A stretch of 64,000 nt of DNA from Eledone cirrhosa (lineage: Eukaryota): NCBI GenBank assembly GCA_964016885.1, contig OZ024756.1, positions 43,214,001 through 43,278,000 on the forward strand. The letters are read 5' to 3'. The notes beneath the pieces were generated by a model. The model saw only the letters and a program-made list of their open reading frames with translations. It was not told the origin of the DNA and searched no databases. The position numbers and the translations under genes were made by a program. Positions 1 to 18,000 of the stretch are shown here, in pieces (positions within the stretch are counted from its first letter, which is position 1; each line of letters starts with the position of its first letter).

Positions 1-3000
1 CATTAGAGACAGACATTGGACACACACTAGAGACAGACATTGGACACACACTAGAGACAGACATTGGACACACACTAGAGACAGACATTGGTCACACACA
101 CTAGAGACAGACATTGGACACACACTAGAGACAGACATTGGACACACACTAGAGACAGACATTGGACACACTAGAGACAGACATTGGACACACACTAGAG
201 ACAGAGATTGGACACACGCTAGAGATAGACATTGGACACACTAGAGACAGACATTGGAAACACACTAGAGACAGACGTTGGACACACACTAGGGACAGAC
301 ATTGGACACACACTAGAGACAGACATTGGACACACACTAGAGACAGACATTGGACACACTAGTGACAGACATTGGACACACACTAGAGACAGACATTGGA
401 CACCCACTAGAGACAGACATTGGACACACACTAGAGATAGACATTGGACACACACTAGAGACAGACATTGGACACACACTAGAGACAGACATTGCACACA
501 CTAGAGACAGACATTGGACACACACTAGAGACAGACATTGGTCACACACTAGAGACAGACATTGGACACACACTAGAGACAGACATTAAACACACACACT
601 ACACAGACATTGGACACACACTGGAGACAGACAATGGACACACACTAGAGATAGACATTGGACACACACTAGAGAGACATTGGCCACACACTAGAGACAG
701 ACATTGGACACACACGAGAGACAGACATTGGACACACACACTAGAGACAGACATTAGACACACACACTAGAGACAGACATTGGACACACACTAGAGACAG
801 ACATTGGACACACACTAGAGACATATATTGGACACACACTAGAGACAGACATTGGACACACACTAGAGACACACATTGGACAAACACACTAGAGACAGAC
901 ATTGGACACACTAGAGTCAGACATTGGACACACACACTAGACAGACATTGGACACACTCTAGAGACAGACATTGGATACACATTAGAGACAGACATTGGA
1001 CACACTAGAGACAGATATTGGACACACTAGAGACAGACATTGGACACACACTAGAGGGGGACATTAGACACACACACTAAAGACAGACATTGGACACACA
1101 CTAGAGACAGACATTAGATACACACTAGAGACAGACATTGGACACACTAGAGACAGACATTGGACACACATTAGAGACAGACATTGGACACACACTAGAG
1201 ACAGACATTGGAGACACACTAGAGACAGACATTGGCCACATTAGAGACAGACATTGGACACACACTAGACACAGACATTGGACACACACTAGAGACAGGC
1301 ATTGGACACACTAGAGACAGACATTGGACACACACTAGAGACATACATTAGTCACACACTAGAGACAGACATTGGACACACACTAGAGACAGACATTGGA
1401 CACACACTAGAGACAGACATTGGTCACACACACTAGAGACAGACATTGGACATACATTAGAGACAGACATTGGACACACACTAGAGACAGACATTGGACA
1501 CACACTAGAGACAGACATTGGACACACACTAGAGACAGACATTGGTCACACACACTAGAGACAGACATTGGACACACACTAGGGACAGAGATTGGACACA
1601 CGATAGAGATAGACATTGGACACACTAGAGACAGACATTGGAAACACACTAGAGACGGACGTTGGACACACACTAGGGACAGACATTGGACACACACCAG
1701 AGACAGACATTGGACACACACTAGAGACAGACATTGGACACACTAGTGACAGACATTGGACACACACTAGAGACAGACATTGGACACCCACTAGAGACAG
1801 ACATTGGACACACACTAGAGATAGACATTGGACACACGCTAGAGACAGACATTGGACACACACTAGAGACAGACATTGGACACACACACTAGAGACAGAC
1901 ATTGGACATACATTAGAGACAGACATTGGACACACACTAGAGACAGACATTGGACACACACTAGAGACAGACATTGGACACACACTAGAGACAGACATTG
2001 GTCACACACACTAGAGACAGACATTGGACACACACTAGAGACAGACATTGGACACACACTAGAGACAGACATTGGACACACTAGAGACAGACATTGGACA
2101 CACACTAGAGACAGAGATTGGACACACGCTAGAGATAGACATTGGACACACTAGAGACAGACATTGGAAACACACTAGAGACAGACGTTGGACACACACT
2201 AGGGACAGACATTGGACACACACTAGAGACAGACATTGGACACACACTAGAGACAGACATTGGACACACTAGTGACAGACATTGGACACACACTAGAGAC
2301 AGACATTGGACACCCACTAGAGACAGACATTGGACACACACTAGAGATAGACATTGGACACACACTAGAGACAGACATTGGACACACACTAGAGACAGAC
2401 ATTGCACACACTAGAGACAGACATTGGACACACACTAGAGACAGACATTGGTCACACACTAGAGACAGACATTGGACACACACTAGAGACAGACATTAAA
2501 CACACACACTACACAGACATTGGACACACACTGGAGACAGACAATGGACACACACTAGAGATAGACATTGGACACACACTAGAGAGACATTGGCCACACA
2601 CTAGAGACAGACATTGGACACACACGAGAGACAGACATTGGACACACACACTAGAGACAGACATTAGACACACACACTAGAGACAGACATTGGACACACA
2701 CTAGAGACAGACATTGGACACACACTAGAGACAGACATTGGACACACACTAGAGACACACATTGGACAAACACACTAGAGACAGACATTGGACACACTAG
2801 AGTCAGACATTGGACACACACACTAGACAGACATTGGACACACTCTAGAGACAGACATTGGATACACATTAGAGACAGACATTGGACACACTAGAGACAG
2901 ATATTGGACACACTAGAGACAGACATTGGACACACACTAGAGGGGGACATTAGACACACACACTAAAGACAGACATTGGACACACACTAGAGACAGACAT

Positions 3001-6000
3001 TAGACACACACTAGAGACAGACATTGGACACACTAGAGACAGACATTGGACACACATTAGAGACAGACATTGGACACACACTAGAGACAGACATTGGAGA
3101 CACATTAGAGACAGACATTGGCCACATTAGAGACAGACATTGGACACACACTAGACACAGACATTGGACACACACTAGAGACAGGCATTGGACACACTAG
3201 AGACAGACATTGGACACACACTAGAGACAGACATTGGACACACACTAGAGACAGACATTGGACACACACTAGAGACAGACATTGGTCACACACACTAGAG
3301 ACAGACATTGGACATACATTAGAGACAGACATTGGACACACACTAGAGACAGACATTGGACACACACTAGAGACAGACATTGGACACACACTAGAGACGG
3401 ACATTGGTCACACACACTAGAGACAGACATTGGACACACACTAGAGACAGACATTGGACACACACTAGAGACAGACATTGGACACACTAGAGACAGACAT
3501 TGGACACACACTAGGGACAGAGATTGGACACACGATAGAGATAGACATTGGACACACTAGAGACAGACATTGGAAACACACTAGAGACGGACGTTGGACA
3601 CACACTAGGGACAGACATTGGACACACACTAGAGACAGACATTGGACACACACTAGAGACAGACATTGGACACAGTAGTGACAGACATTGGACACACACT
3701 AGAGACAGACATTGGACACCCACTAGAGACAGACATTGGACACACACTAGAGATTGACATTGGACACACACTAGAGACAAACATTGGACACACACTAGAG
3801 ACAGACATTGGACACACTAGAGACAGACATTGGACACACACTAGAGACAGACATTGGTCACACACTAGAGACAGACATTGGACAGACACTAGAGACAGAC
3901 ATTGGAGACACACACACTACACAGACATTGGACACACACTGGAGACAGTCAATGGACACACACTAGAGATAGACATTGGACACACACTAGAGAGACATTG
4001 GCCACACACTAGAGACAGACATTGGACACACACGAGAGACAGACATTGGACACACACACTAGAGACAGACATTAGACACACACACTAGAGACAGACATTG
4101 GACACACACTAGAGACAGACATTGGACACACACACTAGAGACATATATTGGACACACACTAGAGACAGACATTGGACACACACTAGAGACAGACATTGGA
4201 CAAACACACTAGAGGCAGACATTGGACACACTAGAGTCAGACATTGGACACACACACTAGACAGACATTGGACACACACTAGAGACAGACATTGGATACA
4301 CATTAGAGACAGACATTGGACACACTAGAGACAGATATTGGACACACTAGAGACAGACATTGGACACACACTAGACAGGGACATTAGACACACACACTAA
4401 AGACAGACATTGGACACACACTAGAGACAGACATTAGACACACACTAGAGACAGACTTTGAACACACAATAGAGACAGACATTGGACACACACTAGAGAC
4501 AGACATTGGACACACACTAGAGACAGACTTTGGACACACACTAGAGACAGACATTGGACACACACACTAGACAAACATTGGACACACACTAGAGACAGAC
4601 ATTGGACACACACTAGAGACAGACATTGGACACACACTAGAGACAGACTTTGGACACACACTAGAGACAGACATTGGACACACACACTAGACAGACATTG
4701 GACACACACTAGAGACAGACATTGGACACACACACTAGACATACATTGGACACACACCAGAGACAGACATTGGACACACACCAGAGACAGACATTGGACA
4801 CACACTAGAGACAGACATTGGACACACACTAGAGACAGATATTGGACACACTCTAGAGACAGCCATTGGACACACACTACAGACAGACATTAGACACCCA
4901 CTAGTGACAGACATTGGACACACACACTAGAGAGAGACATTTGACACACACTAGAGACAGACATTGGACACACACTAGAGACAGACATTGGACACACACT
5001 AGAGACAGACATTGGGCACACACTAGAGACAGACATTGGACACTCACTAGAGACAGACATTGGACTCACACACTAGAGACAGACATTGGACACACACTAG
5101 AGACATACATTAGTCACACACTAGAGACAGACATTGGACACACACTAGAGACAGACATTGGACACACACTAGAGACAGACATTGGTCACACACACTAGAG
5201 ACAGACATTGGACATACATTAGAGACAGACATTGGACACACACTAGAGACAGACATTGGACACACACTAGAGACAGACATTGGACACACACTAGAGACAT
5301 ACATTGGTCACACACACTAGAGACAGACATTGGACACACACTAGAGACAGATATTGGACACACACTAGAGACAGACATTGGACACACTAGAGACAGACAT
5401 TGGACACACACTAGGGACAGAGATTGGACACACGATAGAGATAGACATTGGACACACTAGAGACAGACATTGGAAACACACTAGAGACGGACGTTGGACA
5501 CACACTAGGGACAGACATTGGACACACACTAGAGACAGACATTGGACACACACTAGAGACAGACATTGGACACACTAGTGACAGACATTGGACACACACT
5601 AGAGACAGACATTGGACACCCACTAGAGACAGACATTGGACACACACTAGAGATAGACATTGGACACACACTAGAGACAGACATTGGACACACACTAGAG
5701 ACAGACATTGGAGACACACACACTACACAGACATTGGACACACACTGGAGACAGACAATGGACACACACTAGAGATAGACATTGGACACACACTAGAGAG
5801 ACATTGGCCGCACACTAGAGACAGACATTGGACACACACGAGAGACAGACATTGGACACACACACTAGAGACAGACATTAGACACACACACTAGAGACAG
5901 ACATTGGACACACACTAGAGACAGACATTGGACACACACTAGAGACATATATTGGACACACACTAGAGACAGACATTGGACACACACTAGAGACAGACAG

Positions 6001-9000
6001 TGGACAAACACACTAGAGACAGACATTGGACACACTAGAGTCAGACATTGAACACACACACTAGACAGACATTGGACACACACTAGAGACAGACATTGGA
6101 TACACATTAGAGACAGACATTGGACACACTAGAGACAGATATTGGACACACTAGAGACAGACATTGGACACACACTAGAGAGGGACATTAGACACACACA
6201 CTAAAGACAGACATTGGACACACACTAGAGACAGACATTAGACACACACTAGAGACAGACTTTGGACACACACTAGAGACAGACATTGGACACACACTAG
6301 AGACAGACATTGGACACACACTAGAGACAGACTTTGGACACACACTAGAGACAGACATTGGACACACACACTAGACAGACATTGGACACACACTAGAGAC
6401 AGACATTGGACACACATACTAGACAGACATTGGACACACACTAGAGACAGATATTGGACACACACTAGAGACAGACATTGGACACACATACTAGACAGCC
6501 ATTGGACACACACTACAGACAGACATTAGACACCCACTAGTGACAGACATTGGACACACACACTAGAGAGAGACATTGGACACACACTAGAGACAGACAT
6601 TGGACACACACTAGAGACAGACATTGGACATACACTAGAGACAGACATTGGGCACACACTAGAGACAGACATTGGACACTCACTAGAGACAGACATTGGA
6701 CTCACACACTAGAGAGAGACATTGTACACTCACTAGAGACAGACATTGGACACACACTAGAGACAGACATTGGACACACACATTAGAGACAGGCATTGCA
6801 CACACACTAGAGACAGACATTGGACACACACTAGAGACAGACACTGGACACAGACTAGAGACAGACATTGGACACACACACTAGAGACAGACATTGGACT
6901 AACACTAGAGACAGACATTGGACACTCACTAGAGACAGACATTGGACACACACCAGAGACAGACATTGGACACACACTAGAGACAGACATTGTACACACA
7001 CTAGAGACAGACATTGGACACACACACTAGAGACAGACATTGGACACACACTAGAGACAGACATTGGACACACACAAGAGACAGACATTGGACACACACT
7101 AGAGACAGACATTGGACACACACTAGAGACAGACATTGGAGACACACACTAGAGACAGACATTGGACACACACTAGAGACAGACATTGGACACACACTAG
7201 AGACAGACATTGGACACACAGTAGAGACAGACATTGGACACACACTAGAGACAGACATTGGACACACACTAGAGACAGACATTGGACACACACTAGAGAC
7301 AGACATTGGTCACACACACTAGAGACAGACATTGGACACACACTAGAGACAGACATTGGACACACACTAGAGACAGACATTGGACACACACTAGAGACAT
7401 ATATTGGACACACACTAGAGACAGACATTGGACACACATTAGAGACAGACATTGGACACACTAGAGTCAGACATTGGACACACTAGAGTCAGACATTGGA
7501 CACACACACTAGACAGACATTGGACACACACTAGAGACATATATTGGACACACACTAGAGACAGACATTGGACACACATTAGAGACAGACATTGGACACA
7601 CTAGAGACAGATATTGGACACACTAGAGACAGACATTGGACACACACTAGAGAGGGACATTAGACACACACACTAAAGACAGACATTGGACACACACTAG
7701 AGACAGACATTAGACACACACTAGAGACAGACTTTGGACACACACTAGAGACAGACATTGGACACACACTAGAGACAGACATTGGACACACACTAGAGAC
7801 AGACTTTGAACACACACTAGAGACAGACATTGGACACACACACTAGACAGACTTTGGACACACACTAGAGACAGACATTGGACACACACACTAGACAGAC
7901 ATTGGACACACACTAGAGACAGATATTGGACACACACTAGAGACAGCCATTGGACACACACTACAGACAGACATTAGACACCCACTAGTGACAGACATTG
8001 GACACACACACTAGAGAGAGACATTGGACACACACTAGAGACAGACAGTGGACACACTAGTGACAGACATTGGACACACACTAGAGACAGACATTGGACA
8101 CCCACTAGAGACAGACATTGGACACACACTAGAGATAGACATTGGACACACACTAGAGACAGACATTGGACACACACTAGAGACAGACATTGCACACACT
8201 AGAGACAGACATTGGACACACACTAGAGACAGACATTGGTCACACACTAGAGACAGACATTAAACACACACACTACACAGACATTGGACACACACTGGAG
8301 ACAGACATTGGACACACACTAGAGACAGACATTGGACACACACTAGAGAGACATTGGGCACACACTAGAGACAGACATTGGACACTCACTAGAGACAGAC
8401 ATTGGACACAGACACTAGAGAGAGACATTGTACACTCACTAGAGACAGACATTGGACACACACTAGAGACAGACATTGGACACACACTAGAGACAGACAT
8501 TGGACACACACATTAGAGACAGGCATTGCACACACACTAGAGACAGACATTGGACACACACCAGTGACAGACATTGGACACACACTAGAGACAGACATTG
8601 GACACACACCAGAGACAGACATTGGACACACACTAGAGACAGACATTGTACACACACTAGAGACAGACATTGGACACACACCAGAGACAGACATTGGACA
8701 CACACTAGAGACAGACATTGTACACACACTAGAGACAGACATTGGACACACACACTAGAGACAGACATTGGACACACACTAGAGACAGACATTGGACACA
8801 CTAGAGACAGACATTGGACACACACTAGAGACAGAGATTGGACACACGCTAGAGACAGACATTGGAAACACACTAGAGACGGACGTTGGACACACACTGG
8901 GGACAGACATTGGACACACACTAGAGACAGACATTGGACACACACTAGAGACAGACATTGGACACACTAGTGACAGACATTGGACACACACTAGAGACAG

Positions 9001-12000
9001 ACATTGGACACCCACTAGAGACAGACATTGGACACACACTAGAGATAGACATTGGACACACACTAGAGACAGATATTGGACACACACTAGAGACAGACAT
9101 TGGACACACTAGAGACAGACATTGGACACACACTAGAGACAGATATTAGACACACACACTACACAGACATTGAACACACACTGGAGACAGACAATGGACA
9201 CACACTAGAGATAGACATTGGACACACACTAGAGAGACATTGGCCACACACTAGAGACAGACATTGGACACACACGAGAGACAGACATTGGACACACACA
9301 CTAGAGACAGACATTAGACACACACACTAGAGACAGACATTGGACACACACTAGAGACAGACATTGGACACACACTAGAGACATATATTGGACACACACA
9401 AGAGACAGACATTGGACACACACTAGAGACAGACATTGGACAAACACACTAGAGAAAGACATTGGACACACTAGAGTCAGACATTGGACACACACACTAG
9501 ACAGACATTGGACACACACTAGAGACAGACATTGGATACACATTAGAGACAGACATTGGACACACTAGAGACAGATATTGGACACACTAGAGACAGACAT
9601 TGGACACACACTAGAGAGGGACATTAGACACACACACTAAAGACAGACATTGGACACACACTAGAGACAGACATTAGACACACACTAGAGACAGACTTTG
9701 GACACACACTAGAGACAGACATTGGACACACACTAGAGACAGACATTGGACACACACACCAGAGACAGACATTGGACACACACTAGAGACAGACATTGTA
9801 CACACACTAGAGACAGACATTGGACACACACACTAGAGACAGACATTGTACACACACTAGAGACAGACATTGGACACACACTAGAGACAGACATTGGACA
9901 CACACTAGAGACAGACATTGGACACACACGAGAGACAGACATTGGACACTCCCTAGAGACAGTCATTGGACACTCACTAGAGACAGACATTGGACACACA
10001 CTAGAGACAGACATTGGACACACACACTAGAGACAGACATTGGACAAACACACTAGAGACAGACATTGGACACACACTAGAGACAGACATTGGACACACA
10101 CTAGAGACAGACATTGGACACACACTAGAGACAGACATTGGACACACACGAGAGACAGACATTGGACACTCCCTAGAGACAGACATTGGACACTCACTAG
10201 AGACAGACATTGGACACACACTAGACAGACATTGGACACACACTAGAGAGAGACATTGGACACACACACTAGAGACAGACATTGGACACACACTAGAGAC
10301 AGACGTTGGACACACACTAGAGACAGCCATTGGACACACACACTAGAGACAGACTTTGGACACACACTAGAGACAGACATTGGACACACACACTAGAGAC
10401 AGACATTGGACACACACTAGAGACAGACATTGGACACACACTAGAGACAGACATTGGACACACAGTAGAGACAGACATTGGACACTCACTAGAGACAGAC
10501 ATTGGACACACACTAGAGACAGACATTGGACACACACGAGAGACAGACATTGGACACTCCCTAGAGACAGACATTGGACACTCACTAGAGACAGACATTG
10601 GACACACACTAGACAGACATTGGACACACACTAGAGAGAGACATTGGACACACACTAGAGACAGACATTGGACGCACTAGAGACAGACATTGGACACACA
10701 CTAGAGACAGACATTGGGCACACACTAGAGACAGACATTGGACACACACTAGAGACAGACATTGGACACACACACTAGAGACAGACTTTGGACACACACT
10801 AGAGACAGACATTGGACACACACACTAGAGACAGACATTGGACACACACTAGAGACAGACATTGGACACACACTAGAGACAGACATTGGACACACAGTAG
10901 AGACAGACATTGGACACTCACTAGAGACAGACATTGGACACACACTAGAGACAGACATTGGACACACACGAGAGACAGACATTGGACACTCCCTAGAGAC
11001 AGACATTGGACACACACACTAGAGACAGACATTGGACACACACTAGAGACAGACATTGGACACACACACAAGAGACAGACATTGGACACACACTAGAGAC
11101 AGACATTGGACACACACTAGAGACAGACATGGGACACACAGTAGAGACAGACATTGGACACACACTAGAGAGACATTGGCCACACACTAGAGACAGACAT
11201 TGGACACACACGAGAGACAGACTTTGGACACACACACTAGAGACAGACATTAGACACACACACTAGAGACAGACATTGGACACACACTAGAGACAGACAT
11301 TGGACACACACTAGAGACATATATTGGACACACACTAGAGACAGACATTGGACACACACTAGAGACAGACATTGGATAAAACACACTAGAGACAGACATT
11401 GGACACACTAGAGTCAGACATTGGACACACACACTAGACAGACATTGGACACACACTAGAGACAGACATTGGATACACATTAGAGACAGACATTGGACAC
11501 ACTAGAGACAGATATTGGACACACTAGAGACAGACATTGGACACACACTAGAGAGGGACATTAGACACACACACTAAAGACAGACATTGGACACACACTA
11601 GAGACAGACATTAGACACACACTAGAGACAGACTTTGGACACACACTAGAGACAGACATTGGACACACACTAGAGACAGACATTGGACACACACTAGAGA
11701 CAGACTTTGGACACACACTAGAGACAGACATTGGACACACACACTAGACAGACATTGGACACACACTAGAGACAGACATTGGACACACACACTAGACAGA
11801 CATTGGACACACACTAGAGACAGATATTGGACACACACTAGAGACAGACATTGGACACACACTAGAGACAGACATTGGACATTCACTAGAGACAGACATT
11901 GGACACACACACTAGAGAGAGACATTGTACACTCACTAGAGACAGACATTGGACACACACTAGAGACAGACATTGGACACACACTAGAGACAGACATTGG

Positions 12001-15000
12001 ACACACACATTAGAGACAGGCATTGCACACACACTAGAGACAGACATTGGACACACACCAGAGACAGACATTGGACACACACTAGAGACAGACATTGGAC
12101 ACACACCAGAGACAGACATTGGACACACACTAGAGACAGACATTGTACACACACTAGAGACAGACATTGGACACACACCAGAGACAGACATTGGACACAC
12201 ACTAGAGACAGACATTGTACACACAATAGAGACAGACATTGGACACACACACTAGAGACAGACATTGTACACACACTAGAAGCAGACATTGGACACACAC
12301 TAGAGACAGACATTGGACACACACTAGAGACAGACATTGGACACACACTAGAGACAGACATTGGAGACACACACTAGAGACAGACATTGGAGACACACAC
12401 TAGAGACAGACATTGGACACACACTAGAGACAGACATTGGACACACACTAGAGACAGACATTGGACACACAGTAGAGACAGACATTGGACACACACTAGA
12501 GACAGACATTGGACACACACTAGAGACAGACATTGGACACACACTAGAGACAGACATTGGTCACACACACTAGAGACAGACATTGGACACACACTACAGA
12601 CAGACATTGGACACACACTAGAGACAGACATTGGACACACTAGAGACAGACATTGGACATACACTAGAGACAGAGATTGGACACACGCTAGAGATAGACA
12701 TTGGACACACTAGAGACAGACATTGGAAACACACTAGAGACAGACGTTGGACACACACTAGAGACAGACATTGGACACACACGAGAGACAGACATTGGAC
12801 ACACACTAGAGACAGACATTGGACACGCTAGAGACACACATTGGACACACACTAGAGACAGACATTGGACACACACTAGAGACAGACATTGGACACACAC
12901 TAGAGACAGACATTGGACACACAGTAGAGACAGACATTGGACACACACTAGAGAGACATTGGCCACACACTAGAGACAGACATTGGACACACACGAGAGA
13001 CAGACATTGGACACACACACTAGAGACAGACATTAGACACACACACTAGAGACAGACATTGGACACACACTAGAGACAGACATTGGACACACACTAGAGA
13101 GACATTGGCCACACACTAGAGACAGACATTGGACACACACGAGAGACAGACATTGGACACACACACTAGAGACAGACATGAGACACACACACTAGAGACA
13201 GACATTGGACACACACTAGAGACAGACATTGGACACACACTAGAGACATATATTGGACACACACCAGAGACAGACATTGGACACACACTAGAGACAGACA
13301 TTGGACAAAGACACTAGAGACAGACATTGGACACACTAGAGTCAGACATTGGACACACACACTAGACAGACATTGGACACACACTAGAGACAGACATTGG
13401 ATACACATTAGAGACAGACATTGGACACACTAGAGACAGATATTGTACACACTAGAGACAGACATTGGACACACACTAGAGAGGGACATTAGACACACAC
13501 ACTAAAGACAGACACTGGACACAGACTAGAGACAGACATTGGACACACACACTAGAGACAGACATTGGACAAACACTAGAGACAGACATTGGACACTCAC
13601 TAGAGACAGACATTGGACACACACCAGAGACAGACATTGGACACACACTAGAGACAGACATTGTACACACACTAGAGACAGACATTGGACACACACACTA
13701 GAGACAGACATTGTACACACACTAGAGACAGACATTGGACACACACTAGAGACAGACATTGGACACACACTAGAGACAGACATTGGACACACACGAGAGA
13801 CAGACATTGGACACTCCCTAGAGACAGTCATTGGACACTCACTAGAGACAGACATTGGACACACACTAGAGACAGACATTGGACACACACACTAGAGACA
13901 GACATTGGACAAACACACTAGAGACAGACATTGGACACACACTAGAGACAGACATTGGACACACACTAGAGACAGACATTGGACACACACTAGAGACAGA
14001 CATTGGACACACACGAGAGACAGACATTGGACACTCCCTAGAGACAGACATTGGACACTCACTAGAGACAGACATTGGACACACACTAGACAGACATTGG
14101 ACACACACTAGAGAGAGACATTGGACACACACACTAGAGACAGACATTGGACACACACTAGAGACAGACGTTGGACACACACTAGAGACAGCCATTGGAC
14201 ACACACACTAGAGACAGACTTTGGACACACACTAGAGACAGACATTGGACACACACACTAGAGACAGACATTGGACACACACTAGAGACAGACATTGGAC
14301 ACACACTAGAGACAGACATTGGACACACAGTAGAGACAGACATTGGACACTCACTAGAGACAGACATTGGACACACACTAGAGACAGACATTGGACACAC
14401 ACGAGAGACAGACATTGGACACTCCCTAGAGACAGACATTGGACACTCACTAGAGACAGACATTGGACACACACTAGACAGACATTGGACACACACTAGA
14501 GAGAGACATTGGACACACACTAGAGACAGACATTGGACGCACTAGAGACAGACATTGGACACACACTAGAGACAGACATTGGGCACACACTAGAGACAGA
14601 CATTGGACACACACTAGAGACAGACATTGGACACACACACTAGAGACAGACTTTGGACACACACTAGAGACAGACATTGGACACACACACTAGAGACAGA
14701 CATTGGACACACACTAGAGACAGACATTGGACACACACTAGAGACAGACATTGGACACACAGTAGAGACAGACATTGGACACTCACTAGAGACAGACATT
14801 GGACACACACTAGAGACAGACATTGGACACACACGAGAGACAGACATTGGACACTCCCTAGAGACAGACATTGGACACACACACTAGAGACAGACATTGG
14901 ACACACACTAGAGACAGACATTGGACACACACACAAGAGACAGACATTGGACACACACTAGAGACAGACATTGGACACACACTAGAGACAGACATGGGAC

Positions 15001-18000
15001 ACACAGTAGAGACAGACATTGGACACACACTAGAGAGACATTGGCCACACACTAGAGACAGACATTGGACACACACGAGAGACAGACTTTGGACACACAC
15101 ACTAGAGACAGACATTAGACACACACACTAGAGACAGACATTGGACACACACTAGAGACAGACATTGGACACACACTAGAGACATATATTGGACACACAC
15201 TAGAGACAGACATTGGACACACACTAGAGACAGACATTGGATAAAACACACTAGAGACAGACATTGGACACACTAGAGTCAGACATTGGACACACACACT
15301 AGACAGACATTGGACACACACTAGAGACAGACATTGGATACACATTAGAGACAGACATTGGACACACTAGAGACAGATATTGGACACACTAGAGACAGAC
15401 ATTGGACACACACTAGAGAGGGACATTAGACACACACACTAAAGACAGACATTGGACACACACTAGAGACAGACATTAGACACACACTAGAGACAGACTT
15501 TGGACACACACTAGAGACAGACATTGGACACACACTAGAGACAGACATTGGACACACACTAGAGACAGACTTTGGACACACACTAGAGACAGACATTGGA
15601 CACACACACTAGACAGACATTGGACACACACTAGAGACAGACATTGGACACACACACTAGACAGACATTGGACACACACTAGAGACAGATATTGGACACA
15701 CACTAGAGACAGACATTGGACACACACTAGAGACAGACATTGGACATTCACTAGAGACAGACATTGGACACACACACTAGAGAGAGACATTGTACACTCA
15801 CTAGAGACAGACATTGGACACACACTAGAGACAGACATTGGACACACACTAGAGACAGACATTGGACACACACATTAGAGACAGGCATTGCACACACACT
15901 AGAGACAGACATTGGACACACACCAGAGACAGACATTGGACACACACTAGAGACAGACATTGGACACACACCAGAGACAGACATTGGACACACACTAGAG
16001 ACAGACATTGTACACACACTAGAGACAGACATTGGACACACACCAGAGACAGACATTGGACACACACTAGAGACAGACATTGTACACACAATAGAGACAG
16101 ACATTGGACACACACACTAGAGACAGACATTGTACACACACTAGAAGCAGACATTGGACACACACTAGAGACAGACATTGGACACACACTAGAGACAGAC
16201 ATTGGACACACACTAGAGACAGACATTGGAGACACACACTAGAGACAGACATTGGAGACACACACTAGAGACAGACATTGGACACACACTAGAGACAGAC
16301 ATTGGACACACACTAGAGACAGACATTGGACACACAGTAGAGACAGACATTGGACACACACTAGAGACAGACATTGGACACACACTAGAGACAGACATTG
16401 GACACACACTAGAGACAGACATTGGTCACACACACTAGAGACAGACATTGGACACACACTACAGACAGACATTGGACACACACTAGAGACAGACATTGGA
16501 CACACTAGAGACAGACATTGGACATACACTAGAGACAGAGATTGGACACACGCTAGAGATAGACATTGGACACACTAGAGACAGACATTGGAAACACACT
16601 AGAGACAGACGTTGGACACACACTAGAGACAGACATTGGACACACACGAGAGACAGACATTGGACACACACTAGAGACAGACATTGGACACGCTAGAGAC
16701 ACACATTGGACACACACTAGAGACAGACATTGGACACACACTAGAGACAGACATTGGACACACACTAGAGACAGACATTGGACACACAGTAGAGACAGAC
16801 ATTGGACACACACTAGAGAGACATTGGCCACACACTAGAGACAGACATTGGACACACACGAGAGACAGACATTGGACACACACACTAGAGACAGACATTA
16901 GACACACACACTAGAGACAGACATTGGACACACACTAGAGACAGACATTGGACACACACTAGAGACATATATTGGACACACACCAGAGACAGACATTGGA
17001 CACACACTAGAGACAGACATTGGACAAAGACACTAGAGACAGACATTGGACACACTAGAGTCAGACATTGGACACACACACTAGACAGACATTGGACACA
17101 CACTAGAGACAGACATTGGATACACATTAGAGACAGACATTGGACACACTAGAGACAGATATTGTACACACTAGAGACAGACATTGGACACACACTAGAG
17201 AGGGACATTAGACACACACACTAAAGACAGACACTGGACACAGACTAGAGACAGACATTGGACACACACACTAGAGACAGACATTGGACAAACACTAGAG
17301 ACAGATATTGGACACTCACTAGAGACAGACATTGGACACACACCAGAGACAGACATTGGACACACACTAGAGACAGACATTGTACACACACTAGAGACAG
17401 ACATTGGACACACACACTAGAGACAGACATTGTACACACACTAGAGACAGACATTGGACACACACTAGAGACAGACATTGGACACACACTAGAGACAGAC
17501 ATTGGACACACACGAGAGACAGACATTGGACACTCCCTAGAGACAGTCATTGGACACTCACTAGAGACAGACATTGGACACACACTAGAGACAGACATTG
17601 GACACACACACTAGAGACAGACATTGGACAAACACACTAGAGACAGACATTGGACACACACTAGAGACAGACATTGGACACACACTAGAGACAGACATTG
17701 GACACACACTAGAGACAGACATTGGACACACACGAGAGACAGACATTGGACACTCCCTAGAGACAGACATTGGACACTCACTAGAGACAGACATTGGACA
17801 CACACTAGACAGACATTGGACACACACTAGAGAGAGACATTGGACACACACACTAGAGACAGACATTGGACACACACTAGAGACAGACGTTGGACACACA
17901 CTAGAGACAGCCATTGGACACACACACTAGAGACAGACTTTGGACACACACTAGAGACAGACATTGGACACACACACTAGAGACAGACATTGGACACACA